The position numbers and the translations under genes are program-made. A stretch of DNA of 64,000 nucleotides, taken from Minutocellus sp. GHC0000111. Its lineage: Eukaryota. The number at the start of each line of letters is the position of its first letter. The first letter of the stretch is position 1. The stretch is taken from assembly GCA_977018835.1 (NCBI GenBank), contig OZ361259.1, positions 1,674,001-1,738,000 on the forward strand. The letters run 5' to 3'. Below the pieces are notes generated by a model. That model was not told where the DNA came from. It saw only the letters and a list, made by a program, of their open reading frames with translations, and did no database searches. Shown here one piece after another: positions 20,749-32,639 of this stretch.

Positions 20749-21750
20749 ATGAGTAGTGGAGGGCGACTGGAGGCATCAGAGGGCCCAACAATATCAGACG
20801 TTGGCCGTCCGTATCCGAATGTAGTTATTTCTTCCGACTCGTCGGATCCTGGCTGGGTCTATGGGGCTTCCCAGTATCTCAATCGATATGGCGTTTGCGC
20901 ACTCCTTGCTGGGCCCGCTGACGTCAGTGGTGCTGCTGGCGGCATCATAAGTGCCGAAACATGCAATAGAGCATCAAATGCCGCCCAAGAACGACTGGCC
21001 GAGCTCCACCATCGGATTGAATCTCGCGGAGAAGATCCAAATGGTGCCGATGGTGAATATCGCTACTTGGAAGTTGTATGTCGTGATCCCGGTGGCAATC
21101 GGTTCGATATGCCGGTCGGTTGGATGGCAGATGATGTCGAGAGTGGTGATATCAAGTGCACAAAAAGCAGCTTTGACCACCCGGGCATGCCACTAGAAAA
21201 AGAGCACGAGAATGCTTTGGAAGCATTCCATTCCGAGCTGGATGGCATTGTAAGCCCAGTGGTACAGCGACTCTTTGATTGCTACGAGACGGACTCAGAT
21301 GAGAGTGCATCATTTTCGGTAGCGTCAGCAGGATTTCTCAGCAATCGCCCAGGCTCCACGGCACAAAAATGGCACAAGGATGGTCCCGACCAAGGTTTCA
21401 TCGACGCATTTGTCCCGCTGATTGATGTGTCTGCTGAGCTTGGACCTACAGAAGTTCAAATTGGAACTCATACTTCTGATCAAAAGGATACGCGGGAAGA
21501 CGGTGAAGAGTCAATAACGTACTGTCACGAGAACTGGGAGGATGTGCCCTACTCCGTTGCGCCCATCTTGAAGAAGGGAGAAATTTTGCTTTTGGATTAT
21601 AGAACGGTGCATCGCGGTCTTGGCAATACAAGTCCTTTAACGACGAGGCCTCTCGCGTATGCAGTTTACAAGCACGAGAAATCATCAGATGGAGATACAG
21701 CAGGCGATGTGCGAAACTTTCCTGCAGCAACGACATTGGAGTATGACTAA
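20749..21750 (+). CDS. Phytanoyl-CoA dioxygenase (PhyH)-like 2OG-Fe(II) oxygenase
   Basis: QKWHKDG (HxD), FVPLIDV...GPTE and GEILLLDYRTVHRG..N...R. The start may lie further upstream (20576-20605). Confidence 0.85.
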   Translation: MSSGGRLEASEGPTISDVGRPYPNVVISSDSSDPGWVYGASQYLNRYGVCALLAGPADVSGAAGGIISAETCNRASNAAQERLAELHHRIESRGEDPNGADGEYRYLEVVCRDPGGNRFDMPVGWMADDVESGDIKCTKSSFDHPGMPLEKEHENALEAFHSELDGIVSPVVQRLFDCYETDSDESASFSVASAGFLSNRPGSTAQKWHKDGPDQGFIDAFVPLIDVSAELGPTEVQIGTHTSDQKDTREDGEESITYCHENWEDVPYSVAPILKKGEILLLDYRTVHRGLGNTSPLTTRPLAYAVYKHEKSSDGDTAGDVRNFPAATTLEYD

Positions 21751-21766
21751 GAACTAAGACTCATAG

Positions 21767-22468
21767 TTATTGAAGTGATTTAATCATGAACCCCGAATAT
21801 ACCTTGTGATCGAATACGAATCCCTCTTGCTCATACAAACTAGCAGCTGCCGCATTCTGATCTTGCTCGACCTTGAGCGTCACCGCTTCGACGTTGTCTT
21901 CGCCAATCTGACAATCCTCGCTCATGGCATGCTGTAACACAGCCTCCATCAAAGCTTTACCAATACCTCGTCGACGATACCTTTGATGAGTTCGCAAATT
22001 GGCTATATGTAGCCTATTGGGCAAAGTAAATGTCCGTCCTTTGGTAGCTAACAGAGGTTCTGCCTCGATGACCCCTACAATTTTTGTGAGGAAATCATCA
22101 TCTTTCTTGGCTTCATCACTGCCAAGTATTGCTGCAAATTGCACCGTTGTACCACCAAACGCTTCGTATTTTCCCGCATCTTTTGGAATTTTACCGTCTA
22201 ACCCAGTCCGTATTATTTGAAGTTCATCCATCTTTTGCTCGGCATCGTCTCCAGCAGGAACATCACCCAACGAAGTGTTCGAAGATTGCTGCTCAGCGAA
22301 TCGCATCCTTCGGTCACATCGCATGCTCCACCGACGAAAGGCAATGGTATCCAAGCAGTGTTCTTGAGTTAATATAGGATGAATAGTGAATGAGAGCCCA
22401 TTCGTTTCGACAATGACGAGCAGAAGAAGTAGGGCAACGACGTGGTGCCGCCACCCCATCAACATTGT
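21767..22468 (-). CDS. GNAT family N-acetyltransferase with N-terminal signal peptide
   Basis: HIANLRTHQRYRRRGIGKALM (motif A) and N.AAASLY...GF (motif B). Start approximate. Confidence 0.85.
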   Translation of the reverse strand, partial: TMLMGWRHHVVALLLLLVIVETNGLSFTIHPILTQEHCLDTIAFRRWSMRCDRRMRFAEQQSSNTSLGDVPAGDDAEQKMDELQIIRTGLDGKIPKDAGKYEAFGGTTVQFAAILGSDEAKKDDDFLTKIVGVIEAEPLLATKGRTFTLPNRLHIANLRTHQRYRRRGIGKALMEAVLQHAMSEDCQIGEDNVEAVTLKVEQDQNAAAASLYEQEGFVFDHKVYSGFMIKSLQ

Positions 22469-22824
22469 CCCGTGGCTACTTTCAATGGCTGTCAGAGCTA
22501 CATTCGTATGCACTTCTCTAATGACAGACGCTACAATTGTATTCACACCGATTTCATGGATGATCAGCGAAACGGTTTGAATGGGCAATGAGACCACAGG
22601 GGGGATAAAACACTAAAACACATGCGCCAAAATAATGCGTAGCTACGCCGCCTTGCTGGACGAGCTGTTCTGCTCTGACTCTGGGCTGAGGATGATTCGA
22701 TTGCGCACGATTCTTTTTCAGGAGGTATCGGTGGCTCATAACCTATGGCGCGTCACAGCAAGCTTGGTCATCGTCACAAGTCAAGACGCGGTACCCAAAG
22801 GCGGCGGTGAAGCAAAGGAGCAGG

Positions 22825-25800
22825 ATGGACAGCAACCCTTCGAATGGTAAAGGACAAGTTGCCTCGGTGGCATCCGGCGATATCGTCAGCGATCATGAGA
22901 TCTCAGCACAAGATGTGCCGGCTACAAACGCCCGCCCCGGCGCACAAGAGGGTGTTGAAGGGAACCCGAACTCTGCCGGTACCGCAAATGCGAATGCAGC
23001 ATCAACTAATGACCGGAGGGACACCCCCATGTCTCCGCGCGGTGATTTGGACGCGGCAGTAACAAACTTTGTCAAGCATGGGTCGTTTGATATTTCGAGA
23101 AATGGCGAGGGCGGTACTAGTAATGCTGAAAATGACTCAGGTGACGAGAAACCAGCACATGATGGTTCGCGTAATCAAAGGGACGATAGTAGGGAGGGAA
23201 ACGATACAACGAAAGGAACTCCTGATAATTCGGCGGTGCCCAAGATGGATGGTAGCAGAGCCATTCAATCATCTGCCCCAGCCGCTGACAAACCAAAGTG
23301 GTCCTCCCCAGGAGATGGCAATCCTCGTCAATCCGACCGACTTACCGTCAACAACAAGCCAGCCTGCGCCTACGACGGCTGTCCCAAGCAATCCCAAGGA
23401 CGCAGACTCAACTTTATGTGCATGGCGCACTTCAAATCCATCACCGGGGGCAAGATGATCACACCGATTAGCAAGACTGCCTACGATCCCAACAAGGTGA
23501 TTCCGGCAGAAGATGTCGGCAAAGGCTGGACGGTATTGGAAGTGCCCCGCATCAAGGTCAAGAAGACGAATGGAACGAAGACGGTGGACAAGTACTGGTT
23601 CTCACCCGTCAAGCACCACCGTTTTAGGTCGAGGGTGGAGATTGAACGCTTTCAAAAGGCATTGGAAGAGGTGGACGGTGGTGATGAAGATGCTGCCTGG
23701 GAATTATTCCGAAGGGGTGGCAAGAAGGACAGCCGATCGGCCAAGGGGAATGGCAATGGCGATGGCGATGATCGGTGTGAAGATAGCGATTCTTCTTCCG
23801 ACGAGGACGATACCAGCGATTGGATATGTGACAATTGCGGGGCAGAGGTTCCCGAATCGTTGTCGCGATGCAAGTGCTACCGATGGCGCAATGGCATTCA
23901 TCCCATGATGAAGAAGAAGTTTAGGCGCCAATGAGAACAGGCACGGGCATTGGCCGAACGTTCTGGCGATGATAATGAAGATCTCAATGGTGAATACTGG
24001 GATAAAGACGAGGGTAACGGCGGTGGTGCGGAGAAGGTACCCGGCGCAACAACCACGCGTTCTGGGCGCAAGAGCGGTCGCCGGAAGACCCTTGCCGACG
24101 AGCAGGCCAAGGCCGCCGAGGCAGCGACCAAGAAGAGACAGCGTGGCGCCAAGGCTGCTGCCGCCGGCAAGGAGGACACCATTTCTACTGCTAGCCCTGG
24201 AAAGAGTGCCATCGTCACAACAAAGAGCAGCAGGGCGGCACCACCAACGCCGGCCAAGGCGCGGAAGCGTGTCAAGTCATCTGCGAAGGCTCGGCGAGAT
24301 TCGCGAAAGCGAGAGGCGGCCGAAGAAGAGGAGGTGGCCGCCGAGGAGGGCAAGTTGAGCGATAGTTTTCATGCCACGATGCTACGGGCGGTCAACGAGG
24401 CGCCGAATCCGTATGCGCAGGCCCTTGCCGCAGCGGCTTTCGATGCTGCCGGCGGTGATGCTTGGCTCCGGGAGCATGTGACCAAGCAAGCCGTGAGGAC
24501 GAATGTAACCCTAAAGGTGCTGGGGATGGCACCGATTCCGCCAACAAAGATACTTTCAGCAAAAGAAGATTCCGTGAAAGATGTTTTGGAAGAGATCGTA
24601 TCCGCAGTCGAGGCTAGAGATCTTGCGGTAAACCTTCCGTCGAACTCGTTTGTTGTGTCCTTGAGCAAACCAATGGGAATCACCCTATCGCAGAAGGATG
24701 GTGGCGGCGTTCGAGTCTCAGCAATCAAGGCCGGCAGCCCTGCCGATGTTTCAGGCAAAGTCAAAATCGATGATACTCTTCTAGCAGTAAATGGAAAGGA
24801 TGTGAGAAAGAAGGAATTCCGCGCTATCCTTGATGTCATCGGCAAGAGTGGACCGTCCGTGGACATGCTCTTTTCCTCTAAAGAAGAACAGAAAGAGCAG
24901 CCAAACCATGCCATTACGCCTGAAACTTCTATTCCCATTGTCTCAGAGAAGAATAATCTTGTCGATGACAACTATACTGCAATGGAAATTGAGAATGAAG
25001 TACCTCCGGATACTCCCGCCGAGCCTCTGGTGGAAGACCCTCATTGGGATTGGGACGAGGCGAAGCAGATCAGCTACCGGCAAGTTCTGCGCATATCGGT
25101 CAAAGATCCTCACGCGAAGCAGCTTGTGACCGATGCTCGCATCAGTGGCATTCCTGTCGTTCTCACAGATCATATTGGATGGGCTGGGTTTGCCGCCCGG
25201 TGGCTCCGCCGAAAAGACACCGAGGAAGCCCTTGATGTATGTGGCGACGAGGAAGAAAAGAAGTCCGATGGTGGGAGGGAGGCTAGCAATGCAGAAACAA
25301 TCGATGGCAAAGCCCTCGATCTATCTGATCCTTCTCTCTACCTTGACGTGGAGGCAATGGCAGAAGATACTGGTGAGCAAGAGGTTCCGGTCATCAAAAA
25401 GAGCTATGACGACACAGATCCCATCGCCGGCAAAATCCCTCTTCATGTATTTTTGCAAGAGTCTTGGCCTTCTCGTACATCAAAGACTGCGCACAACCAA
25501 ACGCTCTACCTTCACCAATGGCAATTTCCTTTGAATGAGGTGGCAGGCCGAAAGCTTTGCCACCAAAGTCAGCCCCTTCCCAACTCAATTTTTGGAGAGG
25601 ATTTGCATAAGTATTGGCTGGATCGGGTGCCAAACGATTCCTCTCTGCAATATCTTTTTATGGGCAATGAAGAAACGATGAGTCGCATGCACAAGGACCC
25701 TGGCGGCCTTGCCATTACGATTGCGCCGATTGTTGGCGAAAAGGAATGCGTGCTTGTCCATAGAGATGACGGCAACACTTGCCTCTATCACTTGGAAGCA

Positions 25801-28800
25801 TCGATTGACCCCGATAACATTGATCTCGATGCCTACCCTCTCCTTGCAAATGCTCGTATTTGGCGAACAACGGTGAAGCCCGGAGAAATTCTTCTCATGC
25901 CACAGGGCACCTACCATCAATGTCGCAACGTGAAGTCCTGTCTCTCCTATAGTCGATTCCATCTGGATGAAGTGAATCTACCAGCGTTCTTACAGAGCTT
26001 GTTCGATGGGGACGCGACCGAGCTTCTGCACGACGAAGTCATCTGGAACGCGGTCGAAGCACTAATGAAGAAGGTGGACAAAGTCACCGATGCCGGCCAA
26101 GATCTTGTGAAGAATTCCATAAAAGAAGGGAAAGCCGCCCCACTTTCCCCAGGCGATATGCGGGTGAGCGAGGACATTTGCAAGGCAATTAATGCCCTCC
26201 GGTCACTCCGTCATGTTGCTCGCGAGATTGCACGTAAGCTCGACCTCCGGGAAGCCGTCAAGGGTGTTGGTGTCGACGAAATGCCCGGGCCGTCTTCCGG
26301 CACCAGCAAAATCGAGGGTGGTAAAGAGACCTGGTTTGCAATGGTCGAAGATATTGACTATTGTTTGCATGAATTTCGCTATCGCTTCTCCAAGGAGGTT
26401 CCGCCTCTTTCATTGCGGTGATGCTTGGCTCCGGGAGCATGTGACCAAGCAAGCCGTGAGGACGAATGTAACCCTAAAGGTGCTGGGGATGGCACCGATT
26501 CCGCCAACAAAGATACTTTCAGCAAAAGAAGATTCCGTGAAAGATGTTTTGGAAGAGATCGTATCCGCAGTCGAGGCTAGAGATCTTGCGGTAAACCTTC
26601 CGTCGAACTCGTTTGTTGTGTCCTTGAGCAAACCAATGGGAATCACCCTATCGCAGAAGGATGGTGGCGGCGTTCGAGTCTCAGCAATCAAGGCCGGCAG
26701 CCCTGCCGATGTTTCAGGCAAAGTCAAAATCGATGATACTCTTCTAGCAGTAAATGGAAAGGATGTGAGAAAGAAGGAATTCCGCGCTATCCTTGATGTC
26801 ATCGGCAAGAGTGGACCGTCCGTGGACATGCTCTTTTCCTCTAAAGAAGAACAGAAAGAGCAGCCAAACCATGCCATTACGCCTGAAACTTCTATTCCCA
26901 TTGTCTCAGAGAAGAATAATCTTGTCGATGACAACTATACTGCAATGGAAATTGAGAATGAAGTACCTCCGGATACTCCCGCCGAGCCTCTGGTGGAAGA
27001 CCCTCATTGGGATTGGGACGAGGCGAAGCAGATCAGCTACCGGCAAGTTCTGCGCATATCGGTCAAAGATCCTCACGCGAAGCAGCTTGTGACCGATGCT
27101 CGCATCAGTGGCATTCCTGTCGTTCTCACAGATCATATTGGATGGGCTGGGTTTGCCGCCCGGTGGCTCCGCCGAAAAGACACCGAGGAAGCCCTTGATG
27201 TATGTGGCGACGAGGAAGAAAAGAAGTCCGATGGTGGGAGGGAGGCTAGCAATGCAGAAACAATCGATGGCAAAGCCCTCGATCTATCTGATCCTTCTCT
27301 CTACCTTGACGTGGAGGCAATGGCAGAAGATACTGGTGAGCAAGAGGTTCCGGTCATCAAAAAGAGCTATGACGACACAGATCCCATCGCCGGCAAAATC
27401 CCTCTTCATGTATTTTTGCAAGAGTCTTGGCCTTCTCGTACATCAAAGACTGCGCACAACCAAACGCTCTACCTTCACCAATGGCAATTTCCTTTGAATG
27501 AGGTGGCAGGCCGAAAGCTTTGCCACCAAAGTCAGCCCCTTCCCAACTCAATTTTTGGAGAGGATTTGCATAAGTATTGGCTGGATCGGGTGCCAAACGA
27601 TTCCTCTCTGCAATATCTTTTTATGGGCAATGAAGAAACGATGAGTCGCATGCACAAGGACCCTGGCGGCCTTGCCATTACGATTGCGCCGATTGTTGGC
27701 GAAAAGGAATGCGTGCTTGTCCATAGAGATGACGGCAACACTTGCCTCTATCACTTGGAAGCATCGATTGACCCCGATAACATTGATCTCGATGCCTACC
27801 CTCTCCTTGCAAATGCTCGTATTTGGCGAACAACGGTGAAGCCCGGAGAAATTCTTCTCATGCCACAGGGCACCTACCATCAATGTCGCAACGTGAAGTC
27901 CTGTCTCTCCTATAGTCGATTCCATCTGGATGAAGTGAATCTACCAGCGTTCTTACAGAGCTTGTTCGATGGGGACGCGACCGAGCTTCTGCACGACGAA
28001 GTCATCTGGAACGCGGTCGAAGCACTAATGAAGAAGGTGGACAAAGTCACCGATGCCGGCCAAGATCTTGTGAAGAATTCCATAAAAGAAGGGAAAGCCG
28101 CCCCACTTTCCCCAGGCGATATGCGGGTGAGCGAGGACATTTGCAAGGCAATTAATGCCCTCCGGTCACTCCGTCATGTTGCTCGCGAGATTGCACGTAA
28201 GCTCGACCTCCGGGAAGCCGTCAAGGGTGTTGGTGTCGACGAAATGCCCGGGCCGTCTTCCGGCACCAGCAAAATCGAGGGTGGTAAAGAGACCTGGTTT
28301 GCAATGGTCGAAGATATTGACTATTGTTTGCATGAATTTCGCTATCGCTTCTCCAAGGAGGTTCCGCCTCTTTCATTCAGCAGGCCAAGGGGAAAGAAAC
28401 GCTTTGCTTTGCCATCGACACTGATGAAGTGCAAACGTGACGACGCCGCGAACATCACGGTGTACAATGGATACCAACGAGTTGATAATGACGAAGATGG
28501 AAGCCCAATATTGGCCTTCTCCACAGACATTGAGCGCGGATACATTTTGCTTTCAAAGGCCCCGGCACAAATGACGGAGGAAGAGCGACTGCAGATGAGC
28601 AAGAAGATTGCAAATCTTTCCATCGGCGAGACAATTATGGTCAAAGTGAAGAACAAAATGTGTGACGCGACTGTGATGGAGATTCGCAAGCACGAACACG
28701 CTGCATACATCAGCTACGAAGCCTACCCGGGTCTCTACGATGAATATCTACCAACAAATCTCTTGCGTGAACCCATTGGCGGCAAAGCAGAGGTGCCGCT

Positions 28801-29068
28801 GGCAGAGCTAAAGCCAGGAAAAGTTGTTATTGGGCTTGTGGGCGACAAACGGGAAGAATACCGAGGGACCGTCAAGTCAACAAAATCCGGACTGCTAATT
28901 CGAGCCAAGCTCAACTTTCGAGCTGGCATTTTTGTTGAGCGTTGGATTGATTCTGATGCGATTGTCGGGATAGGCGCGATTCAGAGAGGAAGAAAGAGGA
29001 AAGCATCTTTGAGCGATGGAGAAGGGGGCTCCTCTGATGCAAATGATAATGTCGAAGATTGCGAGTGA
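22825..29068 (+). pseudogene. Multidomain chromatin protein (CxxxxC..CxxH finger, MBD, RanBP2-like finger, PDZ, JmjC, Tudor-like), disrupted by an in-frame TGA and an internal tandem duplication
   Basis: GKGW...R...DKYWFSP....FRSRVEIERF (MBD), KPMGITL...SPADVSGKVKIDD.LLAVNG (PDZ), HKD...PGEILLMPQGTYHQCRN (JmjC). ORFs 22807-23934 and 23950-26421 are in the same frame, separated only by TGA 23932-23934. Confidence 0.8.
24452..28377 (+). repeat. Head-to-tail tandem duplication, 2 x 1,963 bp (24452-26414, 26415-28377)
   Basis: Sequence restarts at 26415 with GCGGTGATGCTTGG, identical to 24452. The six-frame ORFs repeat at a constant 1,963-bp offset. Confidence 0.97.
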
Positions 29069-29175
29069 GTGCAAAAGAACTAAGGGTTATTGCTAAGAAG
29101 CTATTATTTAGTAAAAAAGGGATCACTTGTAACTGCAATATACATGTATTAGGATTTTATCACATGAAATTAGAG

Positions 29176-32136
29176 TTACGATTTAGCCGACATACTCTTG
29201 CTTCGCTTCTTCTTGTCGGAGCTACTCGCCTGGTATTTCGGCAGCGTCCTGCGATTCACCATCTCACGCATGACCTTGTAAGGTGCCATCCGGCCCGTCC
29301 AAAGCTCAAACTGACCAACGCCCTGCTCCCACAGGATTTCCGATCCTCGTACCACATCAAGGCCAGCCTCCTCGGCCTGCGATATGAGCTTGGTCCAGTA
29401 GGGAATGTAGCTGACATCATAAACAATGGGCTTGTTCGATGGAGGTGACAATGCTCCTGCTTCATTGCCTTCTTCGTCCTCGGCGTCTTTGATGAGCCAC
29501 TGGGGTAGAACGAATTCGGCGGCCGGAGGGATGGCGCAAATAACTACTCGGACATCAGCGTCCATATCACGGAGAGCGCTCTTGAGTCCTCCCTCGAGAT
29601 CGTATACCACGCGTCCTCCAAAGGTATCGGCCAGCTCCGCAGCCTTGGTCGGGGTCCGGGGAATGAAGTAAATCTGCTCATATCCATCACCGAGCTCCGA
29701 CACGGCATAGGCGGCCGCCCGCGCGGCACCGCCGGCACCAACAATAAGAATTGCCTTGGACTTGTCTTGCTCATCAGCGCCCAGGCGTCTGCGTAAAGCC
29801 GTGTAGAATCCACGCCAGTCGGTGTTCTCGCCATACATGACGCGCTTGGATTCGCCGGTGGCCTCATCCTCGACTTGCTTGGCAATCACGGTGTTCACAG
29901 CACCAATCTTCTCGGCGGCCTCGGACAGCTCGTCCAGGTGTTTCATAATGGTCCGCTTGTGGGGAATGGTGACACTGCATCCGCCAAAGTCCTCATCGTT
30001 CCAAAGGTCCGACGAGCAGAACTCGTCAATGGATGGGATATCGACGAGGCTGTAGGAATGGGGCAACCTCGTCGCGGCAAAGGCCGCGCTTTGCATCTGC
30101 GGACTGACCGAGTAGGCAATGTTGTGCCCGACGATGCAGAACTTCTTGGGCTTGAGAAGGCCCATGACAATCTTGGTGGTCATGATCTCGCTGGCCGACA
30201 GTTGGCCGGGAGCAGCCACGAAGGGAAGCGACTCGTGCATTACGGGAGCAAAGCGCTCGTTGAGGACGCGGCTGAACTGTCCCGCCTCGCCGAGCATCAT
30301 GCCCAGGTACGGGATGACGGGATTGCCCCGCTCCTTGAGTTCGCGGGCAAAGACCTTGCCAGCCTCGTAGGCCTGCCGATCCTTTTCCGGGTCGTCGGAT
30401 TCGGCATCGACCGACAACACCATCTTGGCCGCATGCGCCCGTCCCTGGAGGGCGCACTGATGGTACAGCTCGACGGCCCTGTCCATAGTGACGGCATTGG
30501 GAACCTCGTGGTAGCTCCCCAGAATGTTGGACGTGTAGCATTCCTCGGCCAGACTCAATAATGCGTCCGTCTTGGTCGGGTCCCACGACGATTCCACGTC
30601 CAATACCTCCACACCCCCGCGCAATCCGAGCTCGAGGACACGGAACATGTCGGCAATGCCGTCGGCATCGTCGGGCCACGTCCCGGCCTGTCCGGCAGTT
30701 CTCACTGTGAATACAATGGGCATGGCATCATCAATTACCTCCAACCCAACCAAAGGTAACGCTGGCGCCCGCACGACGTGCGGTTGACACAACCTCCTCA
30801 ACACCTCGACGGAGTGCAAGATCTCAAACCGATCGGTGCGCTTGCCGAGCAAATCGGCCCGAAATTCCATGGCATCCACGTCCAAACACATGGCCTGCAC
30901 GTACGGTTCCACGTCCCACATGTCGGGAAACACAATGCTCAGAAAGAACGTGTTGTACCCAATCGTCAGCTCGGCGTTCTGTCCCACCACGGCCTGCTTG
31001 ACGGAGGAGGGTGCCCCCGGCTTGGGCGGGGGGAGGATGGCCCGGGCGACGAGGCGGGTCAGCTCCCACTCGACCCCCGACCACGCCGTCGACTGCTTGG
31101 TGGTCAGATCGGCCAGCTGGGTGAACTGATCGGGGGTGAAGATGGTCCGGAGGGTGGTCTCGGCGGTGCAGTCGTCTCCACTGTCTGCGCTCTTTTCTTC
31201 TCCCTCGTTGTCATCGTCATCGTCATCACAACCGGCCCCCGTCCGTGCCAATACCGTCATGGCATCCAACCCCTCGTCCTTGACGCAGATCTCATAATCC
31301 GAATATTTAATCAACACCTCCTCCTCCAACTCTTCTCGTCGCTTCACCGCCTCCTTGGACAACGCACCGTGGATGGGATGGACGTTGACGTACACGCACA
31401 GCAACCCCATGTCCTCGTACAGCGTTTTCGCGAGGTGGGTCAACCGCGATGTCAGCGTGGTGGATTCCGTCGTGGAGAATCTGCTGAGGGGATTGAAGGC
31501 CGGGTGGCCAAAGTCCACCACGATGACGGAGGAGCGGGTGAGCACACCCTGGGCGATTTGTTCTTCGATCAGTTCGGGGGTGAGGGTGACGGCCCCCCCG
31601 GCGCTGCTGCCCGAAGTGGCGCTGGACCCCAACGTGTGGAGTACGGCACCGTTGACGCTGGAAGCGGCCGAGGCCGATCCACCGGCGGTGGTGAGCGTGG
31701 TGACTAGGGATTCGGCCAGGCGGTTCAGCTCGTTGCCCGGACCGGAGGTTCCGAGGAGGACGATGGGTTTGTCGTACGATCCGGATTGGAACTTGCCGGT
31801 GGGCAAGAGGTCGTCGGCGGTGGTGGGGGGCGATTCTCCGTTGGTGGCCAACAGCGAAGACATGGTTTTGCGGATGTTCGACGCACCGACTCGTCTATTA
31901 TTGTCATTGATATTCCTAGCTCCACAGCGATTCAATATATTGGATCCCTCCAATCGTTTCTTGCTGTTGGTAGGCGAGCCGTTGCCATCCTTTGGCACTG
32001 CTGTCCTCAACGACGAAGATGTCAATGTCTGCGCAGAAGGCGTCACCCAGGCATCGGCACGAGATATGCTGCAAATTAGCAAGACGAGGCCGAGAGCCGC
32101 CGCCGATCGAAACATCGTCAAGGTCAAATTCAGCAT
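29176..32136 (-). CDS. aroDE: Plastid-targeted bifunctional type I 3-dehydroquinate dehydratase / shikimate dehydrogenase
   Basis: MEFRADLL, VFTVRT..QAG, GSYH and AAPGQL (DHQase I); GHNIAYSVSP, SVTIPHK, IGAVNT, GENTD, GAGGAARA and EQGVGQFELWTG (SDH). Signal peptide followed by ADA-W. Confidence 0.93.
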   Translation of the reverse strand: MLNLTLTMFRSAAALGLVLLICSISRADAWVTPSAQTLTSSSLRTAVPKDGNGSPTNSKKRLEGSNILNRCGARNINDNNRRVGASNIRKTMSSLLATNGESPPTTADDLLPTGKFQSGSYDKPIVLLGTSGPGNELNRLAESLVTTLTTAGGSASAASSVNGAVLHTLGSSATSGSSAGGAVTLTPELIEEQIAQGVLTRSSVIVVDFGHPAFNPLSRFSTTESTTLTSRLTHLAKTLYEDMGLLCVYVNVHPIHGALSKEAVKRREELEEEVLIKYSDYEICVKDEGLDAMTVLARTGAGCDDDDDDNEGEEKSADSGDDCTAETTLRTIFTPDQFTQLADLTTKQSTAWSGVEWELTRLVARAILPPPKPGAPSSVKQAVVGQNAELTIGYNTFFLSIVFPDMWDVEPYVQAMCLDVDAMEFRADLLGKRTDRFEILHSVEVLRRLCQPHVVRAPALPLVGLEVIDDAMPIVFTVRTAGQAGTWPDDADGIADMFRVLELGLRGGVEVLDVESSWDPTKTDALLSLAEECYTSNILGSYHEVPNAVTMDRAVELYHQCALQGRAHAAKMVLSVDAESDDPEKDRQAYEAGKVFARELKERGNPVIPYLGMMLGEAGQFSRVLNERFAPVMHESLPFVAAPGQLSASEIMTTKIVMGLLKPKKFCIVGHNIAYSVSPQMQSAAFAATRLPHSYSLVDIPSIDEFCSSDLWNDEDFGGCSVTIPHKRTIMKHLDELSEAAEKIGAVNTVIAKQVEDEATGESKRVMYGENTDWRGFYTALRRRLGADEQDKSKAILIVGAGGAARAAAYAVSELGDGYEQIYFIPRTPTKAAELADTFGGRVVYDLEGGLKSALRDMDADVRVVICAIPPAAEFVLPQWLIKDAEDEEGNEAGALSPPSNKPIVYDVSYIPYWTKLISQAEEAGLDVVRGSEILWEQGVGQFELWTGRMAPYKVMREMVNRRTLPKYQASSSDKKKRSKSMSAKS

Positions 32137-32639
32137 ATATTCCCTTTCTGCTGATGTGAATGCTCTTCTTCGCCCCTTTGCTGTACGTATGCCTTGGTTG
32201 GATACCGCCGTATCTCTTTTGGCATGCGGCCTTCAACACAAGTTGTGCTTTCGAAAATCGGCGGTCGAGAGCGCGAAGGTCCTTTCCGTCGTCCGTTTCT
32301 GCTTCCTTTCCTCGCCGATCCACAGCACCATCTGCCAGCCGGATGACTCGCATACTTTTGGTCGCACTTTCGGTGGCCGGCCGGCGCGCGAAGCAACCGA
32401 CCGGCGCGCCCAACGCGAGCCACCATGGCGGCAAAAATTCAAATTGCCGCCGCTACGTGCAGAACGAAGGCGATATCTCGCGCTGGTGTGGGAGAATTAC
32501 GGCACGAGACCAACCAGGTACTCCCGACATCCTGGTGATATCCCCGTTGGTCTCGATCCATAGTTCTCCATGAGCAAAAAAAATAACGGCCGCAATCCCG
32601 CGGTCAACACCGCAGACAGAGTTGCGGTGAAGGACGCCC

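Noticed and set aside
23932..23934. Selenocysteine or stop-codon reassignment explaining in-frame stops
   Set aside because: The context is not redox-like, TGA and TAG terminate intact genes in this window, and frameshifts co-occur. Point mutation or error is simpler.
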